DNA of 63,917 nucleotides, filler included, from Collodictyon triciliatum (taxonomy: Eukaryota): the NCBI GenBank assembly GCA_043381765.1. It is 18 parts of 18 records of this genome, joined end to end, with 100 filler letters (N's around TTAATTAATTAA, not from the genome) between each part and the next. Parts side by side here need not be neighbours in the genome. Positions count along the whole stretch, not along the records: positions 36,839 to 40,277 come from JBHJMP010007321.1; positions 40,378 to 43,816 come from JBHJMP010007322.1; positions 43,917 to 47,355 come from JBHJMP010007323.1; positions 47,456 to 50,894 come from JBHJMP010007324.1; positions 50,995 to 54,433 come from JBHJMP010007325.1; 13 more parts are not named here. One strand, written 5' to 3'. A program made the translations under genes and the position numbers. The notes beneath the pieces were generated by a model. It was not told the origin of the DNA. It ran no database searches and worked only from the letters and a program-made list of their open reading frames with translations. Shown here one piece after another: positions 36,943 through 51,237 of this stretch; position 1 is the stretch's first letter, and each line of letters opens with the position of its first letter.

Positions 36943-39900
36943 GATTTTAGGATTGAAGATGTATAACATCCAGTGGATATACGACCTTCGAGAAGACGAT
37001 AACGATTATGATGGGATGGGTAAACATAAGAGACTCGAGATGGTTTTTCGTGCCATCAAAGAGACTTGTACGTCCCCTTATCGGAGATAATCTTAGTATA
37101 TTTATTTTGCTGTTCACTTTCATTTGATAAAATGACCCCCTTTGTGGAGGGAGGCAGCCAGGTGTGATTTTAATCAGTGTGTAATTATATGAAAAAAAAA
37201 ACACCAGGTAATTTACTTTTTGGAATATCTGATTCTATGCCTCCTGTTCATATGAAACCCAACGAATTCTGTCGATTTTCTGTGACCATTATGGACGCCG
37301 ACGGATTCCAGGTTATTGAAATCATGTTCTTAAACTCGCATCGCGACAGTAATCTCAGACTCGTACAATTTTCGAAAGTCAATAATCGGCTCGGAGTTGA
37401 CGTATCATCCAAGGTTTTAATCTTCGGAAATGAATCTGCCTTAACTGAATCCACAATACAGATAATCATGGCGAATGAAAACTGCTCATTGCTGAAGTTT
37501 CACGAGGCCGCAGATTATGTTGTTCAGATATTGAATGATACACTCTCGAATTGTATGGGGTTCAATTCTACCAGATTGCCTGGTAAATTATTGAAAAAGA
37601 TTATTTTTTTTTGTGCTTTTTACAGATGATTTCCATGTCTTGATTCTATACTATCGAACAGTAAGCGACGGACGGTATCCCTGTATACTAACATATTACG
37701 ATTTCAACTTCCCTGTCCAGTTTACACGCTGCTAGACGATGTATTAATTGGGGACGCACACTTTTCGTCAAATACCCACATAATCATAATATCAGATTCA
37801 TTGACGAGTCATGAGTTAGCAACATTTTTTCCGGTGAAAGGCTGTTATCTCATCCTTTTTAAAAAATTTTTAAAATGATCCAGAATAAAAAAAAATGTTA
37901 AAGAAAAAAAAATTGGAATTAACTCATGATTTTTCAATTTATTCTCTTACGTGAGTAGGTTGTTGAATTAGAGAGTGTTTTTATCGAGATTGTAAAATTC
38001 AGCTTAAGTAAGGAGACTTACGCCCAAAACATAAACTACGACTTCCTGAGTACACAACCTGTAATGCCGGTTGACGACCTTTCATCGCTTCGAGCGAAAT
38101 GTTCAGAGCTCTTCGGTCATTACCAAATTAAGACGGTGCATTGTGGTAGGAATACCTGTGTGATATAGAAGTTTTTTGTGACCATTATTTGTCATATCTG
38201 ATGCTTCTAATATTAGCTCATATATTATATTATCTAATAGACACCCTCGACCTCCAAAACCTCACTTCTGAATGGGTTTCAGAGTTTATCAGCTCATCAA
38301 AGAAATTTGATAGTTTTTGCTGTATCCAGATAAACAACATCATTGTTCGATGTGAATCAGTTGTAAACCAACTACCATCATTTATCTTTGAAAGAGAGAA
38401 GGTGAATAATTTTCTATATTATTGCCTCAGAAAAGATGCACTCAGAGGTCTTTTTGCTTTGAGCTATCCAGGTTTGTCCATGTCATCATGAAAACACAAT
38501 CGCCTCAAGACATAAGCCGGAAAATTATGATTCAAGGGGTATACACGGCGTTTGCAGTGTTACTAAAGGTCGAATTCACTTAATGAAAAAAAAAAACTAA
38601 TGTTGTGTTCAGTCACATAGTCGGCGTTTCTTTTACTCGTATTTATTTCTGCTTTCGTTTGGGAATTGGTTTTTAAAATTTGCTTTTTTTCAATAAATAT
38701 ATTGGATTTAAATTAAATTGAAATCAAATGTAATTTAGTTGAGTTGCCTTGTGGTTCTCTTCATGATGCCTACAAGTTTGGTGGGGCACTGTTTCCATAT
38801 CCATTACACACACCGATGCCAAGGCAAGGAGTTTGTGACCTTGTTCTAAAAGTACAGAAGAAAGCGTCATTTGACGATATTCCTGAGGGTTAGTTTATAT
38901 AGGTTTTTTAAAACACATTTTAGAAACAAGTTTTAGAATATGGCCCATTTTGCTTTTTGCGACGTGCTTGCTTACAAATTTATCAATTTATCCCGTTGCA
39001 GGAGCCCTGCAAGGAAATGTGAATCGAAATATGTTTATCAGAACTTCCATAGTGTCCCCTATTATATCAGCTAATCAATCACAAATAAAAAACACTGCTT
39101 AAGGTAAACTCATCGACTTTTTTTTTTTTTTTGCATTCTTTCTAGGTCATCATATTACGACCAACATGTGATTTTATCTCTGACATCAGCGAAATTTCAA
39201 GAAATGCCAAATTATTTGCTGCACTCTATAATCACTTGGCGGAAAGGGTAATTTTTGTATTGATGTCCAAATCGTTTTGCAAAGATATCATCCATTATGA
39301 GATTTGAATAAAAATAGAAAATCGCCTTGATTGCGCGTCATGCAACTACACTGCATGAAGGATTAGATGCCTGCTTGAATAAATACTATGCCATCTTTGC
39401 GTCACAAGACTCTTATTTGCTCGCCCAAGTTTGAGTTTGCTCCGCATACCACTCACCCTTTTATCTAACTTCACTTATTTTATTTTTCACAAAATAGAAA
39501 ATATAAATATATTATTGCTGAATTTATTTGAAAACTACTATTTTCACTTTGTTTATCCACACGGTAATCTCTCTCTTCGGGATAGACTGACTACTTCAGA
39601 TTGCTGTAGTGTATTAACAAAAGTTATAAATTGGATAGGAACTTATTTCCAGGGAGCAGATAGTGCATTTCGAGATGCCAGAACTGCCTGTGGTAGATTT
39701 AGAGACAAAAGAGTTAATAGCAAGCGAAATGACCCTTGTTCCGTCCCTGGATGCCCAATACAACCCAGTTGATGCAGAGTGCGGGATTCACCGTTTGATG
39801 GAGAGACTTATTGCGCGTGGAAAGCAATTGTATCTAGAAGATAATCAGCACAAAAGGTATCCACAACACACCCACTCAAGATTTAACGCACGATTGTTTG

Positions 39901-40115
39901 TGAATGGTGCACGGCTTATTCAGCGAAGGCTCCTTTTGTCTCTCCTTGTAAATTTTGCGCATCCTCACTCAAAGCATAGAGCAATATGTGTCTACGCCGA
40001 ACACCCCTGTCAAAGCACATGCAAAGAGGAGAAATCCTGCAGAAGGGCCGGCCGAAAAGGCACCCCCACGAAAGCTGCATACAACGAATCGGATGGCTCG
40101 AAGTGCGGAGGTAAA
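36943..40115 (+). CDS. M1AP (meiosis 1 associated protein)-like, multi-exon; ends approximate
   Basis: Spliced KVQKKASFDDIPE|GALQGN|VIILRPTCDFISDISEISRNAKLFAALYNHLAER and YYAIFASQDSYLLAQ|ELISREQ...PELP...YNP resemble the M1AP C-terminal blocks as I recall them. Confidence 0.6.
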
Positions 40116-40377
40116 TGTAAGTGAATGAAGAAATGTACATATATTCATATCAAGCACCGAGTTCTTTTATTATTATTCTTTCTTTTTTTTCTTTTTTCTT
40201 TTTTCTTTTTTCTTTTTTCTTTTTTCTTTTTTCTTTTTTCTTTTTTCTTTTTTCTTTTTTCTTTTTTCTTTTTTCTTNNNNNNNNNNNNNNNNNNNNNNN
40301 NNNNNNNNNNNNNNNNNNNNNTTAATTAATTAANNNNNNNNNNNNNNNNNNNNNNNNNNNNNNNNNNNNNNNNNNNN

Positions 40378-43300
40378 GATTCCTTCTTTTTGGTAGAATC
40401 CTGATAAACATAGGCTGCATGATGCGCTTCTTTCTGAGCTGTAGCTTCCGTTTGGACATTCAATACATGAATCACCAAATGAACCCGTTTTATTGTTGAA
40501 TGTACCAGCTGGGCATGTTGTGCATTCATCTTTGTACTTACTCCCAAAAGTCCCTTGTGGACATTCAATACATGATACGTTGCTTGTTGAACCAAATCTT
40601 GGATTGTAAGTTCCATCGATACATTCTATACATGTCTTTTGGCCAGATATTATATTGTAAGAACCAGGTTGGCAAAGTTCACATGTGGATTCTCCTGAAT
40701 TTGAAGAAAATTTCCCTTGAGGACACAATTGGCAATTGCTAACATCTGTTGATGCGACATTTGGATTAAAAGTCCCGGCTGGGCATTTTTCGCAGTTAGT
40801 TGATTTTGTTTTATTTGAATAAGTACCAGTGGAACATGGATTACAAAACTGCTTTCCTTTCTCACTCATGAAAAACCCAGTAGGACAGTCAAAACAACTC
40901 GACTTTCCATCAACACTATTGTATGTTCCTGGCTCACATAGGATACAGGATGAGTTTCCAGCACCTCGAATATTTGGATTGAATGTTCCTGCTGGACACG
41001 AAGTACAAGACCTATCGCCCTCATTACTGTAAAAACCAGTAGTGCAATTATTACATGAAATTTGACCTTTAATATTATTAAATGTTCCAGCCTCGCATTT
41101 TTTGCAAATTGATTGTCCCACAAGATTATTGTACGTTCCTTCTCCACATGGAAGACAATCTTTAATGCTTGTTGAACCATTAGATGGGTTGTAAGTTCCA
41201 GTCGGACACAATGGACAAAAAGTGAGCTCATTTCCGTTATTATAAGAACCGGATGGACATCTTTCACATGAATTTGATAGTTGATTGAAAAAGTATCCTC
41301 CTTGACAAGGACTCCAGACTTTGATGAAATTGTCTGTGCTTGCTGAAATAATTTTCGAATCCGGAGTGGCAAAAACACAATTTACCGAATTTGTGTGACT
41401 TACAAGCGTTCGAATTTCTCTTCCATCTGATATTGTCCATATTTTGACTGATTTATCACTGCTTCCAGAATGCAATTTCGTTCCGTCAGGTGATATCGAA
41501 ATGCTATTTACTGAACTTTTGTGTCCAATAATGGTCCTTATTAACACGCCATCCAAAATCTTCCAAATTTTGATTGTGTTATCGCTGCTTCCAGAGATGA
41601 TTCTTGTCCCATCTGGAGATGTAATGACACACCTGACAGCATTTCCGTGGCCGGTTATGGTTCTTATTAATGCTCCATCTGACAAATTCCAAACTATTAT
41701 GGAAAAATCAGCACTGCCTGATATAATTTTGGTATTATCAGGCGTAATAAAAACAGAATTCACTTCTTTTGTATGCCCAGATAAGGTGCGAATCAAAATT
41801 CCATCTGAAGCTCTCCAAATATTTATAGTCATGTCATCACTTCCTGATACAATCATAGAACTATCTGGCAACATTGCAACGCTTCGAACAGCAGCAGTAT
41901 GTCCGATAAGTGTTTTCAATGGAGTGCCATTCGAAAAATTCCACATTATTACGGTGTTATCACTGCTTCCTGACACAACTTTGGTTCCATCAGCTGAAAC
42001 AACAATACTATTGACAGAATTTTTATGGGCATTTATCGAAAGCGATAGAGAACCGTCAGCAAAATTCCAAATTTTAATTGTGTTGTCGCTACCTCCTGAT
42101 ACAATTTTCGTTTTATCTGTGCTTAAAGAGACACTATTGACTGAGCTGCTGTGGCCTGAAACCGTCAAAGTCAAGCTGAAATCAGGAAAGTTCCACATTT
42201 TTATTGTCGTATCATCACTTCCAGACAAAATTTTTGAGCCATCTGAGAGAACTGATATTCCCGTGATTGGAGCTCTATGTTCATTCATGATATTTATTGT
42301 TATCCCACTTGATTGAATCCAAATTCTAATGGTTTTGTCACTGCTTCCAGAAATAATCTTGGAACCATCCGGAGAAATCGAAATAGTTTTGATTATTCCT
42401 GTGTGTCCATTGAGAGTGTGAATTAAACTTCCATCCAAAATGCTGGTCACTTTTATTGTTTTATCGCTGCTTCCAGAAACAATTTTCGTTCCATCTGGCG
42501 CTATAGCAACAGAGTTTACTGCATCAGTATGAAAATTTATATTTTGTACCAATGTTCCGTCATTAAAATTCCAGACTTTGACGGTTTTGTCGGAACTTCC
42601 AGAAACAATTTTTGAGCCATCAGGAGTTAAAGCTACACTTGTGATTATTTCAGTGTGTCCATTTAATATGCGAATGATATTTCCGTCAGATATTCTTGTA
42701 ATTTTGATGGTTTTATCACTGCTACCAGAAATAATTATGTTTCCATCATTTTTAATGGCGACGCAGTTCACTGAATCTATATGGACTTGAATTGATTGAA
42801 TAAAAGAACCATCATCGACATTCCATAACTTGATTGTTTTATCTGAACTTCCAGATATGACTTTAGAGTTATCAGCAATGAGTATCAATGTATTTACAAT
42901 ATCAGAATGAGCATCCATCGAACTAATGAAATTTCCATTTGATAGATTCCAAACTCTGATGATATTGTCTGAATGCCCTGTAATAAATACCGACTTAGAA
43001 GAGGATGTCACGATGGAAGTAACTCTCGAGCCTTTCGAGTATATTGGGCTTCCATCAGGCAAACTCCATAGCCTCATCGAAAAATCATCACCTCCAGAGA
43101 CAATTTTTGAGCTATCAAAAGTAACAGCGATTCCTATAACTCCTGAATAATGACCTATTATTGAACGAACCAACTGCCCATCAGAAAGATTCCATATTCT
43201 TATGGTGTTATCCCAACTCCCAGAAACAATTTTTGAGCTATCTGGAGTAATTGCTACACTTATCACTCCGCTGTGAATAGTCAAAGTCCGAATCAAACTT

Positions 43301-43816
43301 CCATCAGATAGATTCCAAATTTTGATTGTATTATCAGAACCCCCTGATACGATTTTTGAATTATCCGAAGTGACGGCAATACATCGAACAAAGTTTGTAT
43401 GGCTAGTCAACGTGCGAATCAAAGCTCCATCAGAAAGATTCCAAATTTTTATCGTGTAATCTCTACTTCCAGAAACAATTTTAGAGCCATCAGTAGTGAA
43501 AGAAATGGCGTAAATCCAATCTGAATGACCAACTAAGGAATTAATGAAAGTTCCATCAGAAAGATTCCAAATTTTTATGGTTTTACTAAAACCACCAGAT
43601 GCTATCTTTCTACCATCAGGGCTAACTGATATAGAGATTACACCACTAACATATGCAAAGAATGTGCGAATTAAAGCTCCATCAGAAAGATTCCAGATTT
43701 TGATTGTATCATCACCACTTCCGGATATAATTTTCGAACCATCTGGGGTAATTGCAACACAATAAACAGAGCTTCCATGACCACTTAAGGTTCGAATCAA
43801 AGTTCCATCTTGAAGA
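40378..43816 (-). CDS. Intronless WD40-repeat (~20 repeats) + cysteine-rich CPxGTY-repeat fusion, open at both contig ends
   Basis: GH...VxSVAITPDGSKIVSGSxDxTIKIWN repeats at ~41315-43816, then CxxCPxG(T/S)(Y/F)N...CxxC repeats (GCC2/GCC3 / ephrin-receptor-like) at ~40378-41312. Confidence 0.93.
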
Positions 43817-44065
43817 NNNNNNNNNNNNNNNNNNNNNNNNNNNNNNNNNNNNNNNNNNNNTTAATTAATTAANNNNNNNNNNNNNNNNNNNNNNNNNNNN
43901 NNNNNNNNNNNNNNNNAACAAGTAGTACCGTCGTATGAAAAAGAACCATCGCTATCAACCGCAACTCAGTAAAATGAAAACGAAACAAATCAACAAAACA
44001 ACATAAAATAGAAATATTTCGAATCATTTTACCCTTTTCACATTATCATTATCATTATCATTATC

Positions 44066-44143
<78 letters not shown>

Positions 44144-44180
44144 GACATCAAAGTTGTTGCTCACAATTGCCCCATTCATA

Positions 44181-46387
44181 GGCCAAAGGCTTTGAACACA
44201 GCAGCCGCTGCAACTGAGAGGAAACCTGCACCAACCACACTTATTCCTGACCTTTTGGACTCATTTGACACGCCAACTTCGGCGAAAACCGTCGAATCTG
44301 TCCCAACTGAGAACCTTCTTGGGGACGACTTCTCTTCACCAACTCCGATGCAGCAGCGGTCTGGTGCTGACTTGTTAGATCTTGACTTCTCTCCATCCGG
44401 CCCTGCAGCAACAAAGAAAGTTAGTGACTTTTGCATCACCATGGCAAATCACAATACTAATTTCTTTTCCATTTCCGTTTATCAATTTTTTTTTTTTTTT
44501 GTGGGGCTGTTTAAATAAGAATCTAACGCAGAGCTTACTAAGGTCCTGCCTGCTGCCTACGACCCATTGGAGGCCCTTGCACAGGTTTCGTCGCCTAGTG
44601 TCCCTGTCGCTCCTCGGTAGAACTACTTTGAATGAGAGGGCTTACTCAAATATTTCCATAATGATGCACATATTCTATATAGATCAAACACTTACAGCGA
44701 CAATCATACACATAATCATCATAATAATAAACATAAAAAAAAAATACAACACAATAGCACCAATCATGCATTTTGTTAATCGATAATTGAGTAGAGTCAT
44801 GAGAATTAGGTTCAATCATCCATTCAACGTCGTCTAACTTTGTAACTAAATTAAGTAGTGGAATGCAAGCCAATCCAGCAGGATTTGATGTATGGGACTC
44901 TGCTTTTAGCTCTCCGTCTAAGACAGCGCAACAGAACGTGTCCTTAGACGACTTCACTCAGCAAGTTTGTTGATTTTCCCTTCGCAATCCACTAATTTTT
45001 AAAATTTTAATTACCAGAAAAACTATCTATAAAAAACTCTACTTTTTATTGCCGCGCAAGCCGACTGGCGAACTCTTTTATAGTTCTTCAATTTTTCTCT
45101 CTATTTTGAAGTAAGTCATCGTAATGTGGGACTTTATCAAAACGGTCTGAATAGGCGCCTCAGAAACCAGCTAAATCGTTCACGGTATCCAATTCACAAT
45201 TTGACGACCTGCTCTCGTTCGGTATATCGTAAGTCCCTCATGACCCTGCCATGTTTCATATGACATCGCGGCAAGATTTTTATGGGAATATCAAATGTGT
45301 AGTAGGGTTATTATTAAAAGTTCACGGCAACATATCTGAGATATGAATACAATTCTTTTAAATGCGATTACAAAATTCATTTTTTCCTTCAGGTCAGGAA
45401 AGACAGCACCAAAGCCTACTTCAAAGACTGATCGAAAGCCCGCCACCCAACCATCTGACGGCCTCAGCAAGGGCGACCTTGACCGTGAGAAATTGCGTGA
45501 GCAGAAACAACAGGAAGGTTTGTTGTGATTGCATGTTTCTCTCTTGATTGAATTTCTTATTGTTTTGGTGTCTTGATGCAACTCATTTAATTTAGTTAGG
45601 GTACATTTTTTTTTCCTTTCCAATTTGTAAGTTTGCATCAAATGTCTCTAGTCCAAGACCGCATCGAAAAAGCTCGACAAGACCATATCGAACAGGAGCG
45701 TCGTGCAGCAGAGGTACCACCTTGCATATTTTTCTTTCTTCGAACCATGAGGTACATATTATTCTTGTTGTTCTTCTTCAAAGACATCTTTTCTGACCTA
45801 TTCTTCTTACGGTATTTCGAGAGAGAAAGAGAGAGGCAATGAACATTACTAAAATCGAATTTTGCCATACACTTAAACATTTGCAGGAGCTTGAACTTTA
45901 TTCGCAATTAGATACCGAAATCAAGGTGTACTATATTTTCGGCTCTCCATACAATCTCTATCTTTCCATCGGATAATATGACTTTGACTTTTTCGTAAAT
46001 ATTTGAAACGAAACAACGCGATTTTTCTGTTTGTTAGAAGTTTTTATTAATTATTTAATTTATTTATGAAAAAATAAAACACTATTGTTTCTTTCAGTTA
46101 TTCATCATGCACATACGCAGATACCTAATGTCCTTTCAACATATGAATAACAATACTAACAAGGATATAGGCGATTCATTTATTAACACTATCGTCTTAA
46201 ATCAATAGGGTCGTGTAGAGGCGTGGGCAGCAAACAAGCAAAATCTGCGTGCTCTCCTTGCGAGTCTTCACGAGATCCTCTGGTCAGAGAGGTATAGTTT
46301 GAGACCTTGAATATGGAATCTTTTAATAAATGCATACACCTTTACCCCCTCTGCCCGCTCGCACTAAACCCGATTCAAAGCAAAAGC

Positions 46388-46482
<95 letters not shown>

Positions 46483-46949
46483 CGATATACAAGTATATCA
46501 TCAATTCACAAGCCCTCATGGGGTTGACTCGACTAATCAGAGACGCGAATGTAACACCCAATAACTTTTCATAAACCATTTTCGTCTTGTTTGCGTAGTG
46601 GATGGAAGGAGATGAAGATGTCCGAGTTGGTGTCTGCAGCACAGGTCAAGAAAGGATACCACAAGGTAGTAATGCGTGTTATATTTCACATCATTGAAAA
46701 ACAAACACAGATTCTTTTATATTTATTTTTTTAAGTCATTTATTTGTTTATCTCCATTTTTTTCCATTTATTTGCACACATCAATCGAACAGCCGAGTGC
46801 GCAAATAGCTCATGCAAATCCCTGCACAGGCCTTGATTGTCGCGCACCCGGACAAGGTCTGCAACGGCACGCACGAGCAGCAGGTTCTGGTGAAGCTGGT
46901 CTTTGATAAGCTCAAGATAGCATACGAGAAGCTGCGTGAGGAACTGTGA
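44181..46949 (+). CDS. Auxilin-like clathrin-uncoating J-domain protein, 5' partial, spliced
   Basis: DLL/DPL/DDF motifs (DLLDSFD, ADLLDLDF), then VEAWAANKQNLRALLASLHEILW|...VKKGYHK|ALIVAHPDK...AYEKL. Confidence 0.88.
46391..46480. repeat. (CT)n microsatellite in an intron
   Basis: Read directly. Confidence 0.97.
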
Positions 46950-47066
46950 GGCTGGTGCGAAAGTGGCACTGCAGAAGGGAAACATCGACCATGGGAAGTG
47001 GAGAGCAGCAGCAAGGATTCAGACATCGGAGCAGAAATGCGACAGCACAAAATAAAGATACAATCA

Positions 47067-47119
<53 letters not shown>

Positions 47120-47455
47120 CAGGAAGAGGTGGTCCAGACGCAAAAGATTACTGGAAATGACAAACACGGGCTGCGGTGCGTTAAGGCTGTGGAGGTGGCA
47201 TTGAAGTTCTTCATGTATTTTTTCTTCCTCTTTCGAGTGAAGGGCACACATGCATAAGCCTTTCCTAGGCTTTTTTTTATTTATTTTTTATTTGGATTGA
47301 TTTTTCCACTGTTTCTTTTTAACTTCTCAGATGATTATTTTGGACGTATAAAAAANNNNNNNNNNNNNNNNNNNNNNNNNNNNNNNNNNNNNNNNNNNNT
47401 TAATTAATTAANNNNNNNNNNNNNNNNNNNNNNNNNNNNNNNNNNNNNNNNNNNN

Positions 47456-47549
<94 letters not shown>
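47456..47549. repeat. (TATC)n microsatellite at contig start
   Basis: Read directly. Confidence 0.97.
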
Positions 47550-47849
47550 ATCTCGCTTTACTAAAACCATGCTGAGTTCTGAATTGTGATACATTCGGAA
47601 TCTTTTGTCCATACTTAAAGAAACATGGATACAGGTGGATTCTTTGCTTGGTGCGACTCTGCAGACGTCGTACTTTAACGAAGAGACAAAATGCGTCACG
47701 AATGAACCTGGTCAGAATCGGAAAGTGATATGTGGGAAGCCCGTCCTGGATAATCATCAAGTGAACTTGATTTCGTCTGTCATCACTTCTATTGCATGTG
47801 GCGCATTGTCACTCTGGTTGTTTTGAGAGGTGGTTGCAGGAACTGCGTC

Positions 47850-47902
<53 letters not shown>

Positions 47903-48229
47903 AAAGAAAACCATGAAAATATGTCGGTACCAAATAATTTATGTACATATAATGTGATAACGACTAAAGATAGTGGGCTTGGTTTCACAGGTTTCAGTTG
48001 ACTTTGATGGAGATGTAAAGGAACGTATCACGAAATGTCTGACTTCTCAATATATGTATATATATATTCTTAATTGAAAAGAACAACATGATTGTGTGGC
48101 AGGATTTTTATTTTTCTCCATAAAATTGACTTCTAAATAAAAATTCGGTGGGTGGAGGACAAAATTTATTCGTATCTTCGAGGTGGATAAATGAAGCATT
48201 CAAAAGACCGAGCATGCATTACAAAGGAT

Positions 48230-50450
48230 TTATTTCTTTGAGTTTCTGTTGGCATGAGATTCGACATTATTTAAAAATATTTGATATTCGTCGTCTTTCA
48301 TCTGGGTGCTGTGGCTGTCCGTTGGAAAGTGTCCGGCCTTCACTTCGTTCTTGTAGGATTGGATAGCCTGCGATGTTGAAATGAAAAGGTCGAGAACCAG
48401 GATTTGGCGAGGTTAATGTATGAAGGATATCCACTAAGGAAATGGAAAATATCACTAAAAAATAAAAGAGTATACACAGCCATCACAAAATAAGCTAAAT
48501 CGATTCTTTTTCCTAAATCAAATAATCATGGAGCTTTGAAATAATACATCGACCGATGCTTGGAATATGTTTCCGTATTGCTTGCAGAACCGAGGAATAT
48601 GGTCATGGAGGCCAAGGACATCGTGAAACACAAGCACCTATGTATTATTTTTTTAAAAAGATTGTATTTGAGTAACAAAGAAATAGAAGCGCTTCCTATG
48701 CGACCTGATTATGTATTTCACTGAACTAGCACAAAAGAAAATATTTCCTCAAATATCGCGAACCAAGCTCTTTTTTTTTTTTTAACCTGGCCACTTGTTC
48801 CTACACCGGCGCCTATTCCAATGGTCGGCACTTTAAGGTTATCGGTGATAGTGCGCGCCACTCTGTCGGGGATTCCCTCCAATACAATGGCAAACGCACC
48901 GGCCTCTTGTAACGCCAAAGCATCTTCGTAGAGATGGAATGCTTTTTCTGCAGTTCTTCCCTGTTCATTCAAATATCAAAACCATGAATAGTTTACTGTT
49001 ATGAGAGAAGAAATAAATCGTTTATATTTTGGTACAGATAATGAGCGTTAAGACTGGCAATTTGGATTCGGGATTTAAAAGCAAAAGTATAATTTTTCCC
49101 TTGTCTTTCCGTAATTTTGTTTAACGTAGACATGATTGTGTTCCGACCTGAATGACAAAGCCTCCAAAAGAGTAAAAACTTTGTGGCGTCAGACCGATGT
49201 GTCCCATGACCGGAATACCCGCATTCACAATCTTGGAGACCTACAACCACATCACCAAAGAAAGAAGAAAAAACAATTATATCATGGTGAATAAATAGAC
49301 AAAATATTCATAATTTAAAAAGAGAGAGAAGACAGACTTAGTTTTCCTAAAGGATAAGAGGGAATACTGTGTTAGCCATTCGTTTGCCACCCTCCAACTT
49401 AACTGCTTCGACATGACCCTCGCGAATAAATCTAAATCATTTGAGTTATAGTGAGATTTTCTTAAGTCACCTTTGCTTTCTATACTATTTCCAAACCTCA
49501 CGGCAGAACGAATGGCTTGCTCAGGTGACTCCTCATAAGTTCCAAAGGGCATATCCCCTACGAGAAATGGGCTTCTGTTTCCTCTGGACACTGCTCTACA
49601 ATGATGTAACATGTCCTCGAGCGAGACCTGCTCGATTCATAGTTGAAGAATCGAACGTTATTTTATTATCATTTTCTCTCAATATACTCTTAATTCTCAA
49701 GGCCATGTTTATGCCTCAAAGTGAATGTACGCATACAGCAGTTGCTATAAAAACAATAAGTGTGATTACAATTATTAGTTTTTTTTCTTTTTTTAAAAAA
49801 AAGGGGGGGTGTTGACCTGGTGTGTTGTTTTGTACCCAAGTGCAACCATACCAAGTGAATCACCCACCAGCGTGATATCGCAACCAGCGCGGTCGACTAT
49901 GCGAGCTGTTCAATATGCCCAAAAGACTTGATTAATAAACGAGCTACAGAATATGACTTTTATTCATGGATTTATTTATCCCAAAATCATTTCATCAAGT
50001 TTATATATTGTAGTTTAGATATAAATGGATGTGAGTGTATGTTCATGTATGAGTTTTAGTATCATTAGTCACATGAAAACAAAAACAAAGCATTATTCCG
50101 GTCAGATTTGTTGTAATCGAGAGTTATTTAGTCATAAAGACCTACCGCTGGAATAGTCGCAGGCAGTCATCATGACCAAAGGCTCTCGGGCGTTGTACTT
50201 TTTACGAATAACATTCACGGTGGTCTTAGTCCACTGTTGCCCGGGCTTCTCCAGATAAGTCAACATGTCGTATTGATAATTCATTTGAGGATGAGAAAGA
50301 GGAAGAAATAAAGAAAAAAAGCGATATCCTTTAGTAGCAAGTTTGATGCATATGGAGCGGCGATGATGATAAACCTGGCTGACCCCGGAAGTCGGCGGAA
50401 AGACAGAGTAGCGGCGCGTGAGCAAATACCCGAACGACTTTGCCTGATTG
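48230..50450 (-). CDS. panB: 3-methyl-2-oxobutanoate hydroxymethyltransferase (ketopantoate hydroxymethyltransferase), spliced; start uncertain
   Basis: [83 protein letters not shown]. Confidence 0.95.
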
Positions 50451-51237
50451 CCTTGTTGTATTTGTTAATACCAAGCTGAGATTCACTAAAGAGGATTTAT
50501 ATTCTTTCTTATTTTCTTTTTCCTTTTTTTTTTTTTACAGATACAGAGCTGCATCCAAAAAAATAGAAAAAGCGAGGAGACAAAGATAGGTGCCAGAGAG
50601 GTGGGGTCTGCGGTTGTTGTTGTTTTTTGATTTGTTTTGTTTTGTTTTGTTATGTTTTGTTTTGTTATGTTTTGTTTTGTTTTGTTTTGTTTTGTTTTGT
50701 TTTGTTTTGTTTTGTTTTGTTTTGTTTTGTTTTGTTTTGTTTTGTTTTGTTTTGTTTTGTTTTGTGGGTAACTTACTGTTTGTGAAGCGTGAAAAAAGAG
50801 TCATTTGTGTTAAGAGTTCTCTTTGTTTGTCCCTTGCCGGCGTTTTTACCTTAGTGAAAGAAAAAAAGGTCATTTGATGGTTGTCTTTTGCAGTNNNNNN
50901 NNNNNNNNNNNNNNNNNNNNNNNNNNNNNNNNNNNNNNTTAATTAATTAANNNNNNNNNNNNNNNNNNNNNNNNNNNNNNNNNNNNNNNNNNNNGTGCTA
51001 TTCATTCCATCCCGTATGAAATGGCCTCTCTTATTACTTTTACTTTTACTTTTACTTTTACTTTTACTTTTACTTTTACTTTTACTTTTACTTTTACTTT
51101 TACTTTTACTTTTACTTTTACTTTTACTTTTACTTTTCTTTTCTTTTCTTTTCTTTTCTTTTCTTTTCTTTTCTTTTCTTTTCTTTTCTTTTCTTTTCTT
51201 TTCTTTTCTTTTCTAAATATTCGATAAATTTTAATAC

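Noticed and set aside
41444-42316. 290-aa plus-strand ORF and similar antisense ORFs (6027-6728, 57032-57919)
   Set aside because: Antisense shadows of repetitive or GC-rich real genes.
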